This document shows, piece by piece, positions 1 through 12,386 of a stretch of 64,000 bases of DNA (its first letter is position 1; every line of letters begins with the position of its first letter). The notes under the pieces are model-generated. The model did no database searches. It had not been told where the DNA came from and saw nothing but the letters and a program-made list of their open reading frames with translations. The translations under genes were made by a program, and so were the position numbers. Where the stretch lies: the NCBI GenBank assembly GCA_013115145.1, contig JAAPAO010000036.1, positions 1-64,000 of the forward strand, read 5' to 3'. The DNA comes from Perkinsus chesapeaki ATCC PRA-425 (Eukaryota > Protista > Perkinsozoa).

Positions 1-223
1 AATGGGAATTTCTGCCGAGATAAGAGCTTACCGCAGCGAGAGCTGCCGCTGCTACTAGAGCCTGGCTTAGCGACGAGGCCTCCTTTTGGGACAGACCGCC
101 GATGAGCCGAAGAACTGGAACGAATAGGATACCACCACCGATACCGGACGGCATGCATACTAATGATATAATAAAAAGTAGGGGGGCTACTGCGCCCATG
201 TGCTCAATAGGTGGTGCAGTCAT
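1..223 (-). CDS. TauE/SafE (TSUP) family transporter, paralogue 1; first exon only, gene runs off the window
   Basis: ATG at 223 translates MTAPPIEHMGAVAPLLFIISLVCMPSGIGGGILFVPVLRLIGGLSQKEASSLSQALVAAAALAA, then a GTAAG donor. This is homologous to the first exons of the two neighbouring paralogues (GGGxLFVP motif). Confidence 0.8.
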   Translation of the reverse strand, partial: MTAPPIEHMGAVAPLLFIISLVCMPSGIGGGILFVPVLRLIGGLSQKEASSLSQALVAAAALAAVSSYLGRNSH

Positions 224-318
224 GGGAATGAAAATATTAAAACTTACGGATACCTGGTTTCCTTAGAACCAAAAAGGTCAATATCTCCGACTGAACATAG
301 TTGACAGCAGTTTCCCTA

Positions 319-988
319 TTAGTGGGTCTCTAATACAGGACCTCTATTGCATTTTCTAGAATATTGGTATGAGGATCTGATTCTCAGGATCATTCCCAAG
401 AGCCAAGCGGGACACCAAAGGTAGGGCTCAGCCCTGCCCTGAGGACTTGTACGATCAGTATACAGTTTGAGAGTCTCACAGAGAAAAAGATGCCCGAAGC
501 TCGCGCCCAGCAGCTTGACTTCGTCTTTTTTATGATATTGTGAATGGTCATACTTTTCCTCGGGTAGGCCGCAGTGCGGCCGCCGCACTTGTTGCAGAGC
601 AACTTGACAGGGGACTTGCAGAGGAACTTGACTAGTATTTACCGAGACGCAGTAGTACTGTAAGGCGTCAACAAAGTACCGCTTGCCTTCTCTCCAGGAC
701 TCGAATGATGCCGGGTCGTCTTCGAAACGTTTCAGCCGGCGCGTACACGCAGGGCAGAGGACCTTTGGGAGAGAAAGGTTTGCCACTTCCCGAGAAAAAT
801 TGACCTTGCAGTACTTTTACACATCTTTTACACATTATTTCACCAGGAGGAGAGACCGGTTTGCCGGTCTGAGTTATCCTCGTGAAGCAAAGGCGACACA
901 CACGAAAGAGATCCTCGAGGTGGCGGGGATCAGCAGCTCCAGCTATTTCCGGGGGTATTTCAAGGTACTCAAAGTACCTCAACTTCAT
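319..988 (-). CDS. Small spliced Cys-rich hypothetical protein (CRLC, CPAC, CNKC motifs), possible Zn-binding
   Basis: Three overlapping ORFs each carry a CxxC and are separated by plausible GT-AG introns. Exon joins and start are uncertain; upstream exons may lie at 1140-1290. Confidence 0.4.
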
Positions 989-1845
989 TACTAATGACGC
1001 TTTACTCTAATGAATTATTAGAGTTCATGGAGTTCATTAAACAATGGACTAGTTATAGTACATTATGTATCTGGTGTGTATGATCTTGGATGTGTTCCCA
1101 CGTGACATCGTGAAGTCTTTTCTCTTGACAATTTTTTCACCTGTCAAGATAGTCAAATCCGACGACGAGGTGCTTCGATGGGCTCTGTGAGGGTGTGTTG
1201 GTGTAGGGTGGAGTTTTTCGAATGTCCTCACTGGGGCTCGGACTCTTGACTCCCATTTTGCGCGCACAATCAGCGCGCAGACTAAGCTAGCCATATTTTT
1301 AGAACCTGATGCCTAGAAACGGATATAAGCATTCATTCTGAGTCAGAATTTCACGGGGATTAGTATGATACAGGTTTCGGAAACCTGGTTTCCCATTACC
1401 TGCATATAATCCCACCTCAGCCCCGACTCCGGCCACCAGTGCGGTAATATCCATTAATTACCGCCGAGGGGCCTGGTACGGCTTGACACTGGTAACGACT
1501 CTTTACTGGAAAAACCAGTCAGTTAGAGATACAACGGGCATTCCTGATGGTAGGGACGAGCAATACTTCATTTTGCCTCCCAATTCACAGTGATATCGGA
1601 CTATACGAGAATGTCTACACCACTGATGCCAACAACACAAGAGTAACTGTGTATGAGAAGGTCTCAGTTGCCAAATTATGCATCAATACTCAAGTACACC
1701 GTACAAATGGGAAAACCAATGCTCAAAAGTGGCTTTCACAGCAGCGGTCACCGATAATACTACTGAAGTACTCCAACTAAAACACTGATCGATGTTGAAT
1801 CAGTTAGCCTGATAACGTCTGACTGAATACAGGCTTTTACACAGT

Positions 1846-3317
1846 TCAGCAAATACTTCCCAAAGTGAATGGTGACGTCCCTCCTCCTTGATGTTGCGAT
1901 GCGGACAACACTTGAACGATACCAGTGACGAATATAACCATGGCACCGGTAGTGGCCAAGACGGCAAGGGATAGGGCTAGTAGGCTAAGCCTACCCGCCC
2001 ATTTCATCAGCTTTGACAGGAGGAGATCGCCAATCAAGGCACCAAAAAAGGGCAATACGATGATCCACATGTCGGAGGCGGCGGGCAGAAAGCCTCCAAG
2101 GCCAAAAGACAATGCCAAACCTAAAGAAGAGAGATGACTGCCCGAAGCAAGAATGCAACGAGTTTCACTTGAACTTGTAACAAGCATAACAACTGAGCCT
2201 GTTGCAGAGGCTTGTGCAGGATCCAACTCCATATGAAGGAGTAGTGGCGTGATAAGGGTACCGCCACCCTGGCCAACCATAGCAGCAATGAATCCAATAC
2301 CTGATGAGTAATAGTAACAATCACTGCCACTGAAAATGCGACCCACATAGTAGAGCAGCTGACAGTTTAATAGAAATATTGAAGACTCCCGGTGACTTAT
2401 TGACAATGATGTATATGCCAGGCACAGCCAATAGAACGGCAATGACAACAACGGAAAGCGCCCAATATAGGGACTCGCAATAAGGAATCCCAATGAGACC
2501 TGATCAAGGAATACATTATCAAACCTACGCTACAGTAATGTAACGTACTTGGGGTGCCAGCAGAGCCTAGTAGTAACCGGGATACGACAACGACAAGCCA
2601 AATGATACACAGAGCCACTATGAACAAAATGCTTTGTCTGGGAATGAGTGGCGCCTGTAGAGGTCGATGCATCATCATCACAGTGTCTATTGCCACGCAC
2701 GATGTTGAAGTGGTGACATCGGTTAAGTTGCTGATTCGATCGGTCGATCGCTCAAGAGTCTCTTGGTTCCATAATCGCATGCCCTTCTTAAAGCCTATAT
2801 AAGAGGCGAGCATGGCGGTGAGGATATACAAGACGAATTGGACAATCTGTGGTATCCATGTGTAGAGGTACACACCGAGCAGGCCGCCAACAACCATTGC
2901 TGGTAGCATAATGAAAGCGTACCGCAAGAGGATTATGGGCTTTGTGCTTCGTGTGTGGAGATAACAGGATGACAGAACCTGAACCAATAACGGAAGGGTG
3001 GCTTCGCTCAGCACGCAGCATGCAGGAGCTCCGACCCCCATCCCTCCCGCCAGTTCACAGAGAAGCCTATTGCTCACGCTTTCAGTATCGAGCAATAGAT
3101 CGTTGTAGCCGCTAGGCGGGGTAGTGCTTACTTTTGCTAAGGTTGCGGACGCAACTAGCGCCTGACTTGTCGCCGCTGCTCCTTTAGGGGACAAGTGACC
3201 GATGATGTGCAACACTGGCACAAACAGAGTTCCTCCTCCCATACCGGGAGGAGCGCATAGGAATGATATGATGAAAACCAGAGGGGCCACGGCCTCTATT
3301 AGCTGTATATCTTCCAT
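1846..3317 (-). CDS. TauE/SafE (TSUP) sulfite-exporter family membrane protein, paralogue 2 (spliced)
   Basis: Two repeated PGMGGGTLFVP / GQGGGTLITP motifs, many hydrophobic helices, C-terminus ...FTLGSIC*, GT-AG introns. Confidence 0.85.
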
Positions 3318-3735
3318 CACTTGGAATGAGAATACTTTAAAAACTTGTTCTGCAAAGCGAATAATGGCGCAGCCGCCTATCGTAGACAAACTCCACGGCG
3401 CACCGGCTTAGCCGACGACGACAGTATCAAGTATGAATCAATTCTGTCATATAGCTTTCTCGCCCCAAAAGCCAGAAACTTTACGTTCATATGAAACCTA
3501 CACCGATATCGCCTCAGCAGGCGAAGGGATTCTCCTTCAATTCCGCTAACCGCGGTTACGGTCCCTATTTCCACCTCTTGAACACAACAAGATCGGGAGA
3601 GTGGGGGTCGGCTGACAAGCCACCACTTTCAATGATACGAAACGTAATCTGCGTTACTGACAATAATACCATAAACTCCGTGACTCTACAATTGCTAGGT
3701 AGTAAGTGATTAAAAAATGACAAGTAGGAGGACTT

Positions 3736-5204
3736 TCAACAGAAGCTGCCTGTTGAGAGGGGGTTCACGCCGGCTTCGCTGTCATTGACTATTTTGATGA
3801 TTCCCGATATGAGAACTATGATGGCCCCTAGAGCAGCCAAGCAGGAGAGCAGGAAGGCCAAGATGCTCGTGCGACCTGTCCTTCTCATAATCTTAGTGAG
3901 GATGATGTCACCGACCAGGGCACCGCAGAAAGGCAACACAATGATCCAAAGGTCGGAGGCTGCAGGCAAAAAACCGCCCAAACCGAACGACAACGCCAAG
4001 CCTGAACAAGAGCTGTGATTTATCCGGTCTGGAGGAGAGACAGCTACTCACTTGAGCTTGACACTAGGATGACCAAAGAGCCGGTGCCTGAGGCCTGAGG
4101 GGGTGTTAGGCCCATGAACATTATTAATGGGGTTATTATAATACCACCGCTAATACCAACAACAGATGCCAAGAAACCGATACCTGAATGAAACGTCACC
4201 TTCAAGTTCATACTGTGCATTATGGTTCAAACTCGCGCCGTTCGGTAGCAGCACAGATTTGAGAACAGCTTACCTAGCAGTGATCCGGAGAGCGTCACTG
4301 CGGCTTTCGATGTTTCACGCGACCGATCCACAAGGGCAAATATGACTGGGACAGCCATCAACACAACGACAACCAGAGCCGAGAGGCCCCAATACAGCCC
4401 TTGGCAGAAAGGTATACCCACTATACCTGAGAGGAGATGCGAAGTGATGCACGGCAGCAGCAGGAGGAGGAGCAAGCCTACTATCGGTGGAAGCGGAGCC
4501 TAAGATGAGCCGGGAAAGGATGACAACTATCCATACACCGACTACAGCCGCCAAGCACAGGGCAGCCTTCATTCGCGTGATAGGTCGCAGTAATGGCGAA
4601 ACACGAGGGGCAGAGGGGGACTCGGACGCGTGGGTCTCTAAGGCGGCGGCATCGTCGTCGTTATTATCAGCTCCGGTAGGTTGCTCGGTTGCGCGCTTGG
4701 CAACCGCTGCCTCGCGCTTGGCTGCAGCGATTGCCTGGCTCTCGGCTCGCCAGAGCTTGCGGCCCTTCAAAAGGGAAAGGGTTGATCCAAATAGAGCCGT
4801 TACAACATACAGGATAAGCTGTATCAGAACTGGTAGCCAGGAGTAGATGTAGACCCCTATGAGGCCACCAACTATCATAGAGGGCAGCATAAGGACAACA
4901 AAAGGAAGGATTATCACTCTAGACTTGTGTCTGGAGGTAAACTGCGCGTGCAGGGAAAAAAGAATCTGCTCAAGAGAGTTGTGTCGTACAAGATGAAGAC
5001 TGAGCTTACTTTGGCACAGACTGCCGAGGCCACTAGAGTCTGGCTCATAGCGGTCGCATTCTTCGAAGGTAACTTGCCGACCAGATTGAGAAGTGGCACA
5101 AAAAGTATACCGCCACCGACACCAGGGGGCATACACAGCATAGCAATTATGAATATAACGGGGGCGACGACACCTATGTTCTCAACATGGAGCGGCGGGT
5201 CCAT
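3736..5204 (-). CDS. TauE/SafE (TSUP) family membrane protein, paralogue 3 (spliced)
   Basis: MDPPLHVENIGVVAPVIF...PPGVGGGILFVP; a second GISGGIIITP repeat; LALSFGLGGFLPAASD shared with paralogue 2; ends ...STGSFC*. Confidence 0.85.
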
Positions 5205-5579
5205 TATAAAACAAAGGAACCCTAACAGGAAATACTGTGAGGAGGATATCGACAACTACGCTGACAAGGAATACGGTGCGAAAACTCCGTACGCGTGCAC
5301 ATCGAACATGTAAATTTGGCCAATTGAGCCGAATGGACAATAACGACTACTACTCCGAGAAGTTTCATAAGGAGACTCAACGAGTCTATATCATAAGCTA
5401 GTTAAAACCTAAGCATCAGTATTATAAGCTACTCTTCGGTATGCAGTTATTGGCTGCACCCCCAGTGGGTATTCCTTCGAGGACCGTACAAAGGTAGCTA
5501 ACGCAAATCGAGGAGAGTAAATGATAATGCTGCATGGTAACCATGACATCTGGTAATATACAATTGTGTCGGTCAGCAG

Positions 5580-6492
5580 CTACGCCCCATATGGCCGAGT
5601 GCTGACAGCAGTCAGACGGTTTAGCGGCCCTCCTGTCCCAGGCATGAAATTGCCCGAGGGAGATGAGCGCATTCGCTGAGGGTGATCGGCTGCTGTCGAG
5701 GGCCGCTGGCTATACCTGCGTCCGAGACTCCCGGCTCCCGCTATACGACATTCTTACTGTTGAACTCCTGAGAGAAGCTTTTGAGATTCTGCTGACGGTT
5801 TGATAGTTGCCGATCGATGGTGGTGCAAATGGCGATAGGTGAGGTGCCGCACGCCGACAAGACCGTCCGAGATCGGTTTGCTGGGCGACGATATAATTCC
5901 CCTCGCTGTTAATTCCTGCAAGGTGGCATCGACAAGCCTGTAGCATCGCACCACTCACTTTCAATGCACTCTCTACTGCATTTCTTTCCCTTTCTTCGAC
6001 CCTGGCATCGATGTAGCTCGGAGACGAAGTCCGGCCGCCTTCATCCGGCATGTAGTGATGATGGTGGTGGTGATGGTAATGGATAACCTTCACCCGATCC
6101 TTAGGTGGACTCTCAAGCCGGACTTCAAACTCCCAAGCCGGCAGACTCTTTGGTCGCCGTGCGCGGACCAGAGGGGGCGGAGACCCGTCCTCCACGCTCA
6201 ACGGTGTCGATGCATCAGAGCTAGGGGTGTCAGTATCCGGTCTCAAGCTGCGCGCCTTGGCCAGAGCAACGCTGGCTCGATCGAGCGCATCTTGAAGGTC
6301 GGAGTCCTCTGCGGCCAACCAACCACGAAGGTTTCGCTGCACTGAAGGCCGAGTGCTTGGTGACGTCTGCTGCTGCTGCTGCTGACCTCCTTTCTTCACC
6401 GTCCTAAAACGCCTGCTGCTAAGGACCCTACGAGACACTCTTAGATGTCTATATAGCCTAATGTACAGCTGCTTATATCCTATATGTTTCAA
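5580..6492 (-). CDS. Hypothetical low-complexity protein with poly-Gln and poly-His tracts; start uncertain
   Basis: 260-aa ORF containing QQQQQQ and HHHHHHH, with a probable last exon RMRSSPSG...RPYGA* ending at 5580. Confidence 0.5.
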
Positions 6493-6669
6493 CCTTACTA
6501 GCTATATCAAGAGATATGATCATACCACACTTCCGTCAATTCACATCGGTGGACACCACCCACCAATGATGCACTCAATCTCGCGGAAACGCCTTCTACC
6601 GGGATCAACAAGGATTCCTACGAGGAATGCTTCCCAAGGTTGGAATTTTGAAAGATAAAGAGATGTTTC

Positions 6670-7964
6670 TCAATGAAGGAAAGAGAATACATTTCCACCG
6701 TGCCCAGCATGGAGCCTTCCTACGCTCACAGTAGGATATACCTACTACCTGCCAGTCTGGACTGCCGCGCTGTTGCCCTCAGCATTTCGACTTCCTCCAC
6801 TTCGGAGCTGATCACCGCTCCGCCGCAAAAGTTGCCTGAATCCTGCCATTACCTCGAGCCATTCCCGGGCCACCCCTACTACCGTTTTTGCCCTCCACTA
6901 CCCTCCGCTGCCACCTGGACATTACGAGGTTCATCGAATGGTATATGGTCAGAAGAACAAGGAGCCACAGGTCGAACGCTATCCTGCGTTCGACTGCTAG
7001 TAGGAGGGCTACTAGCTGGTGGAGGTGAGCGTCTCGGCGGTGATGGCACACTCCTCGGTGGAGCATCGCACTCTATCGATTCCGCGTCGGTGATACTAGA
7101 GCCTCCTTCAGACAGCACCTCCTCATCCGTAGCCTCTCCGACCTCCTCCGAGTAGGCACTACCGGACGCTACAGCAGCCGACGCCGAGCTCTCCTCTTCC
7201 TCACTGGATTCGCCATTAACTCTTAATTCCACTGGAGATGCTCGTGCCCATTTGCCCTTACCAAACCCTCCATCACGCTCCACATGTAGCACTGTTGGCT
7301 GTCGTACAGCAGCAGCATCAACTTGCGGCCCACCAGTATCGTTAGTAGAGCACCGTGAAGATTCGCTGAGGGACACAGCAACCGGCAGATTAGCCTCATC
7401 GTCTTCATCCATATCTACCCCGACGATCTCATGGCTTGGGTTTTTGCCCATGGACTTTCTATTCTGCATTTTAACACGCTCGAAAGCCTCCTTTTGAGCG
7501 TCCCTCTTTTGCCTCCACGCCGAGTTCGGCGCTACGCTATTCCCTATAGCCGGCGATGACCGTCGGCGACTCGTCTCCTTCAATGGAGTGCCGACTTGAG
7601 ACTTCCGGCGTTTGGCTCGCTCGGCTTGCTGTCGGCAGATAGTCTGATGCTTTGTTATCCGATCGCTCGAGAAGGACCGCTGGCATATAGCACAGGGAAT
7701 GCACCCCGGAGCAGCCGGTGGCGGCGGCGACAAGGCCGAGCCCGAACTCTTCTTAGCGCTCTTTCTCTTTCTACATGAGGAGGTATGAGCTTCGAGATTA
7801 TGTCGCTTGACCGGGGTGTCACAGAAGGGACACGGCAGCTCCACATGCTGCTGTTTGACGATGCACGACTTTAGGTGGAAACGAAGACTTTGAGGAAAAA
7901 AATTTTGCCCACAGCTGGGGCAAGGGACGGCTCTCCGATGAGGCCCTTGGACAGTACTGGTCAT
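6670..7964 (-). CDS. C2HC zinc-finger protein (zf-C2HC_2; ZC2HC1/FAM164-like)
   Basis: Three C-x2-C...H-x3-C fingers: CPSCGQNFFPQSLRFHLKSC, CPFC...HTSSC, CAICQRSFSSDRITKHQTIC. An acidic/Ser-Pro tail follows, plus two short 3' exons joined by GT-AG introns. Confidence 0.75.
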
Positions 7965-8476
7965 ATATAGACAAGACTGAGGAATGCCACAGTGCATGTA
8001 CGCCCTGCGCACTTACACAGTGGCGAGGAAGCGGCAAACTTGAGCTCTTGCAAACTTGCTTTTCCTCAACGGTACGGTCCGCGGACTTGGCGGTCTCGCG
8101 ATAGCTTGGAATTGGACTATGTAGAGTTTTGCTCACGCTCTCATCTATTTGACACCGATGTATTGTGGATCTCGTTGACACAGGAAGCATCATCCATCTG
8201 AGAGAATCCTTGGCAGTGCGATTTATCTTCTTGAGTTCAAGATGCATTTGAGGTTGACAACGTGTTAACCGAATCCTCCTCAATCCTAGCAGCAATTGAA
8301 ATCACAGCTAGAGCACTACCCTAAGTGGTGCAGCCTTGTGCCGCTCTTAGTCTCCCAAGTTGACCTTCAAGAATCATTGAAAGATACCGAAGCTGTTGCT
8401 TTGTGTCACTTGGAGATCCCCGGAGCATCGTTACCTTTCTCTATCGCTAGTAGTTTTTCGGTCTTATTATTTAAAT

Positions 8477-9732
8477 ATGTCTGATACCGCTGAGTCTCCT
8501 GAAGAATCCCCCGCTGTTGTGATTGATAACGGCAGCGGTCTATGCAAGGCCGGCTTCGCAGGCGATGATGCCCCTAGAGCCATATTCCCTTCGATTGTCG
8601 GCAGACCTAAAATGTAAGCTTATTACGGCAGCCTTGAATGCTGATGGATGAACCTTCTTGTGTGTCAGGCCAGGCATCATGGTTGGTATGGACCAACGTG
8701 AGTGGTATGTTGGTGACGAGGCTCAGTCTAAGAGAGGCGTCCTCACCCTCAAGTATCCGATTGAGCACGGTATTGTTACCAACTGGGATGATATGGAAAA
8801 GATATGGCATCATACCTTCTATAATGAGCTCAGAGTCCAGCCCGAGGATCATCCCGTAAGCCGACATTGGATGCTTCGCCCCCCCTTTAGCCGCATACGT
8901 CGCTTGTTAGGTGCTCTTGACTGAGGCCCCGTTGAACCCAAAGGCCAACAGAGAGAGAATGGTGCAAATCATGTTCGAGACCTTCAATGTTCCCGGTGTC
9001 CACGTCCAGATCCAGGCCGTCTTGTCCCTGTATGCATCTGGCAGGACCACCGGTATAGTGCTGGATTCTGGTGATGGTGTGACCCATACCGTTCCCATCT
9101 ATGAGGGTTACGCTATGCCGCATGCTATCAAGAGATTGGACCTTGCTGGCCGAGATCTGACCGAGTATATGATGACCATTCTAACTGGCCGTGGCTACAC
9201 CTTCACAACCTCGGCCGAGCGTGAGATCGTTCGCGACATCAAGGAGAAGCTTTGCTACGTGGCCCTCGACTACGACCAGGAGATGAAGTCCGCGTCGGAG
9301 AGCAGCGAGATCGAGAAGACATACGAGCTTCCCGATGGCAACATCATTACTTTGGGCTCGGAGCGTTTCCGTTGCCCTGAGGTCCTCTTCCAGCCCGATC
9401 TTATGGGTAAAGAAGCCTGCGGTATCCACGAGACGCTGTTCAACTCTATCATGAAATGTGACTTGGATATCCGCAAGGATCTCTACGCTAATGTGGTCCT
9501 ATCTGGCGGTAGCACTATGTTCAGTGGCATCCGAGAGCGGATGGGCAAGGAGCTTACAGCGCTCGCTCCCTCTACTATGAAGATTAAGGTTGTGGCTCCT
9601 CCTGAGAGAAAATATTCAGTATGGATTGGTGGTTCTACCTTGGCATCTTTGTCGACATTCCAACAGATGTGGATTACCCGGGAAGAGTATGATGAGGTTG
9701 GACCTACCATCGTGCACAGGAAGTGCTTTTAA
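8477..9732 (+). CDS. act: Actin (divergent isoform), 3 exons
   Basis: [60 protein letters not shown]. Introns at about 8614-8667 and 8856-8909. Confidence 0.97.
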
Positions 9733-10044
9733 ATAGCTACTGGCTATGAACCACTCGCTAGGCTGCTGATCCTTATTATCACTGTCCTCGTATTAATACT
9801 GTAGTGTTGTCCTCTAGTGTAGCTTCTATTTACCAAGTAATACATTTACACCTTTCTAACCTCACTTATTATTCTGTGTTGTCATTTCGGGTCTACCAGT
9901 CTCGAGCTGTCTGATCGATGCCGTAATTTGGGGAATCAATTCGGCGAGTGGCTTTGGATTGTTTTGACGTTGCTTCGACACGTTTAGGAATCAACAAAGC
10001 GAGAGAATCTTTCGAGTGTGCAAGATACCCTTAGCTTAAGTTGA

Positions 10045-12200
10045 ATGTCATCGTATCCTACTGTCCATCGAATAGGTACCCCACCAGGGTCCCCAAAGCT
10101 GGAGGCCACTAATAGCGACTCTTGGAGCGATTATTGTCCTAGTCTGCCTGATGATGAAGGACCTCTGCCTCCCGCTGCTGCTTCGGGTGAACTTTGAGTC
10201 TGTTTAAGATTACTGTGGGCTCTCAACTGAGTGATTTTGCCCCTCGCATCGATTTGTTGGGCGTCTCGATCGATTCTGAATTGTATCCGGTGCGTTTTGG
10301 CGGGCATGTATATGTTGTGTGGTTTCTGTGGGAGTTTGGGATCCCTTTTATTTACTAGCGAATCCTGTCTTCTCCTTGTGTCTTAGCAATCCTTTGCTCC
10401 AGCGCGCCACGAAATTATGGTCCTGTGCCGTCTCAGATGCCGTGGATGCCATTCCCTCTTCGACTGACTTATCTGTGAAGTGCGGTCGGCTAATGGCCAG
10501 TGGGCGTGCCGACAGCGACTGCATGGAGTTCTGGTTGGATAGATGTGCCGAGCTCGAAGAGGAGGAGGAAGTCATGGAAGATGATGTGTTGGAGGCATTA
10601 CCTTTGGAGAAGGAGTCGGTGCGAACTTCTACTATGTCATCACCGGTACCACCATCTCTGGTTGTTGCTATTGACGACCATAAACTGCTGCCCTCTGTGA
10701 TGGCGACACCGTCATGTTCAACGGCAGCGCCGGTGTCCGAGGTCAAGGTGGCCGGGGATGACTCTCCAAGGAGCCCGCCGTTCATGACACCCCGTTCTGG
10801 GAGGACCCCTAGACAGCTGCTGGACGCCAGTAGGTTCATGTGCGACTCCAGTATGGTCCCTCAAGACCGCCGACTTGGCGATTCATTGGGCTCTGGTTCT
10901 GGTTCGGTCCTTAGCGGCGGGTTGCCTCCTACCCCTGAGCTCGGTATCTCTCTCGGAGACGAGGCCAGTGGGGCGCTGTTCTCCTGTGGGCCCAGTCCTG
11001 AATGGGCTCTAGTTGCGCATGACGGAATAATGACATTCGTCGATGCTCAATCTGGTCGGTCACTATTTTGGGCAACTCCTCCTCCATCGTTCTTGGAAGT
11101 GTATGGCAGCTGGCGGCAAGTAGTAGCCAGCGACAAGGAGCTTTGGTGGTATAATAGTACACTGGATGGCTATCTTAAGAAGGATCCATCGACACTGCAG
11201 TCGGTGTTCCAAGCAGCCCTGGATGGCAACTATTTCTTTATACAGGCATATCAGCAGGTAGTAATATTAAATGCTACTCTCACACTAGTAACCGGTTTTA
11301 GGTCGGAGGCAGCTTGGACCTGGCGGATGGAGTGTCATCTCGTACACCCTTACACTATGCCTGTGCCGGTGGATGCGCCTACACAGTGCAGCTCCTACTC
11401 AATTATGTTGCATCCCCTTGCCCCCTTGATAGCTTTGGCCAAACGCCTCTACATTTCGCGTGCCGCTACGGCTACCCTCTGGTGACGGCTGTGGTACTCG
11501 GAGCCTGCCGAGGTGAAGAGGTCCTTGTTGCCGACCATGCTGGGTGTACAGCACTTCATGAAGCGTCGAGCCTTGGCCAGAAGGACTGTGTGGCAGAGGT
11601 CGTGGCGAGGCTGCCATCACAGCTCCTCTCTCGACTGTTGGTCATCTCTGACCAGCACGGTTTCACATGTATCGATGCTGCTGCTGCTCGCGAACACACT
11701 GACGTAGTGGAGCTGTTGCTAGCGGCCTCGGCTGCTCTGAGTGGTAATACTGGGCGGAGGGGATTGGAGAGAACTGTGGTTGATTAGGTAACCAGAGCCC
11801 GATGCAGACTGCAGGCTTAGACCTGAGCACAACGTGGCAGCATTATAGTGAGCATCATGAGGAGGAGGAGGAAGAGTACGAATACCACCAACATGACCAA
11901 GACCGCCAGGAGCCACTGAGTCCTGGGCCAAAAGGTTGGAATGCGGTCGTGTGTTGCTGCTGGGCGTAAGCTGCAGATGTTTAGGCATCACTGAAACTGT
12001 TGGTCCGCTAATATCTGCTGTAAAGAAGAAGCTCTTTCCTACCAAGGCACACCTCGGTTCGGATAACAAGTAGGTCCTCAGTGTAAGTCATATATAACCT
12101 GTTATCGGTTAGGTTTGTGTACGACAGGCATCGTCGTCAATGGGTGCTTCGCGAAGGCCCAGCTCGCCCACAGTATAGGTTCCCCGAAGATGCCTCGTAG
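10045..12200 (+). CDS. Ankyrin-repeat protein with acidic N-terminal region and C-terminal Sec16-like motif
   Basis: Ankyrin motifs RTPLHYAC, QTPLHFAC, CTALHEAS. Introns 10187-10436, ~11258-11301, 11744-11787, 11935-11984 and 12070-12112 all keep frame to TAG at 12198-12200. Confidence 0.8.
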
Positions 12201-12386
12201 TCCACTCTTCTCCACTTCACCCACCCGTTTGCCATGTACCATTCTTCATGCCTGCCGTTCTGTCCCTTCGGACCAATGTGGTGCCGCTGCCGCCGTAACC
12301 AGCCTAATGTGGTTGTTCGTTGCGTTGGAGCGATTCGCTGATTCCGGCTTTCTCTTTGACAGATTTATCACATTCAGCGCACTATT

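Noticed and set aside
319-988. Casein kinase II beta or Spt4 assignment for the Cys-rich gene
   Set aside because: Only superficial similarity (VKLLCNKC, RHLEDLFRVCRLC); spacing and the other conserved motifs do not fit.
1340-1400. RNase MRP CR-V-like CACGGGG and U1-like TTACCTG
   Set aside because: The partner P4 strand and the remaining consensus elements are missing.
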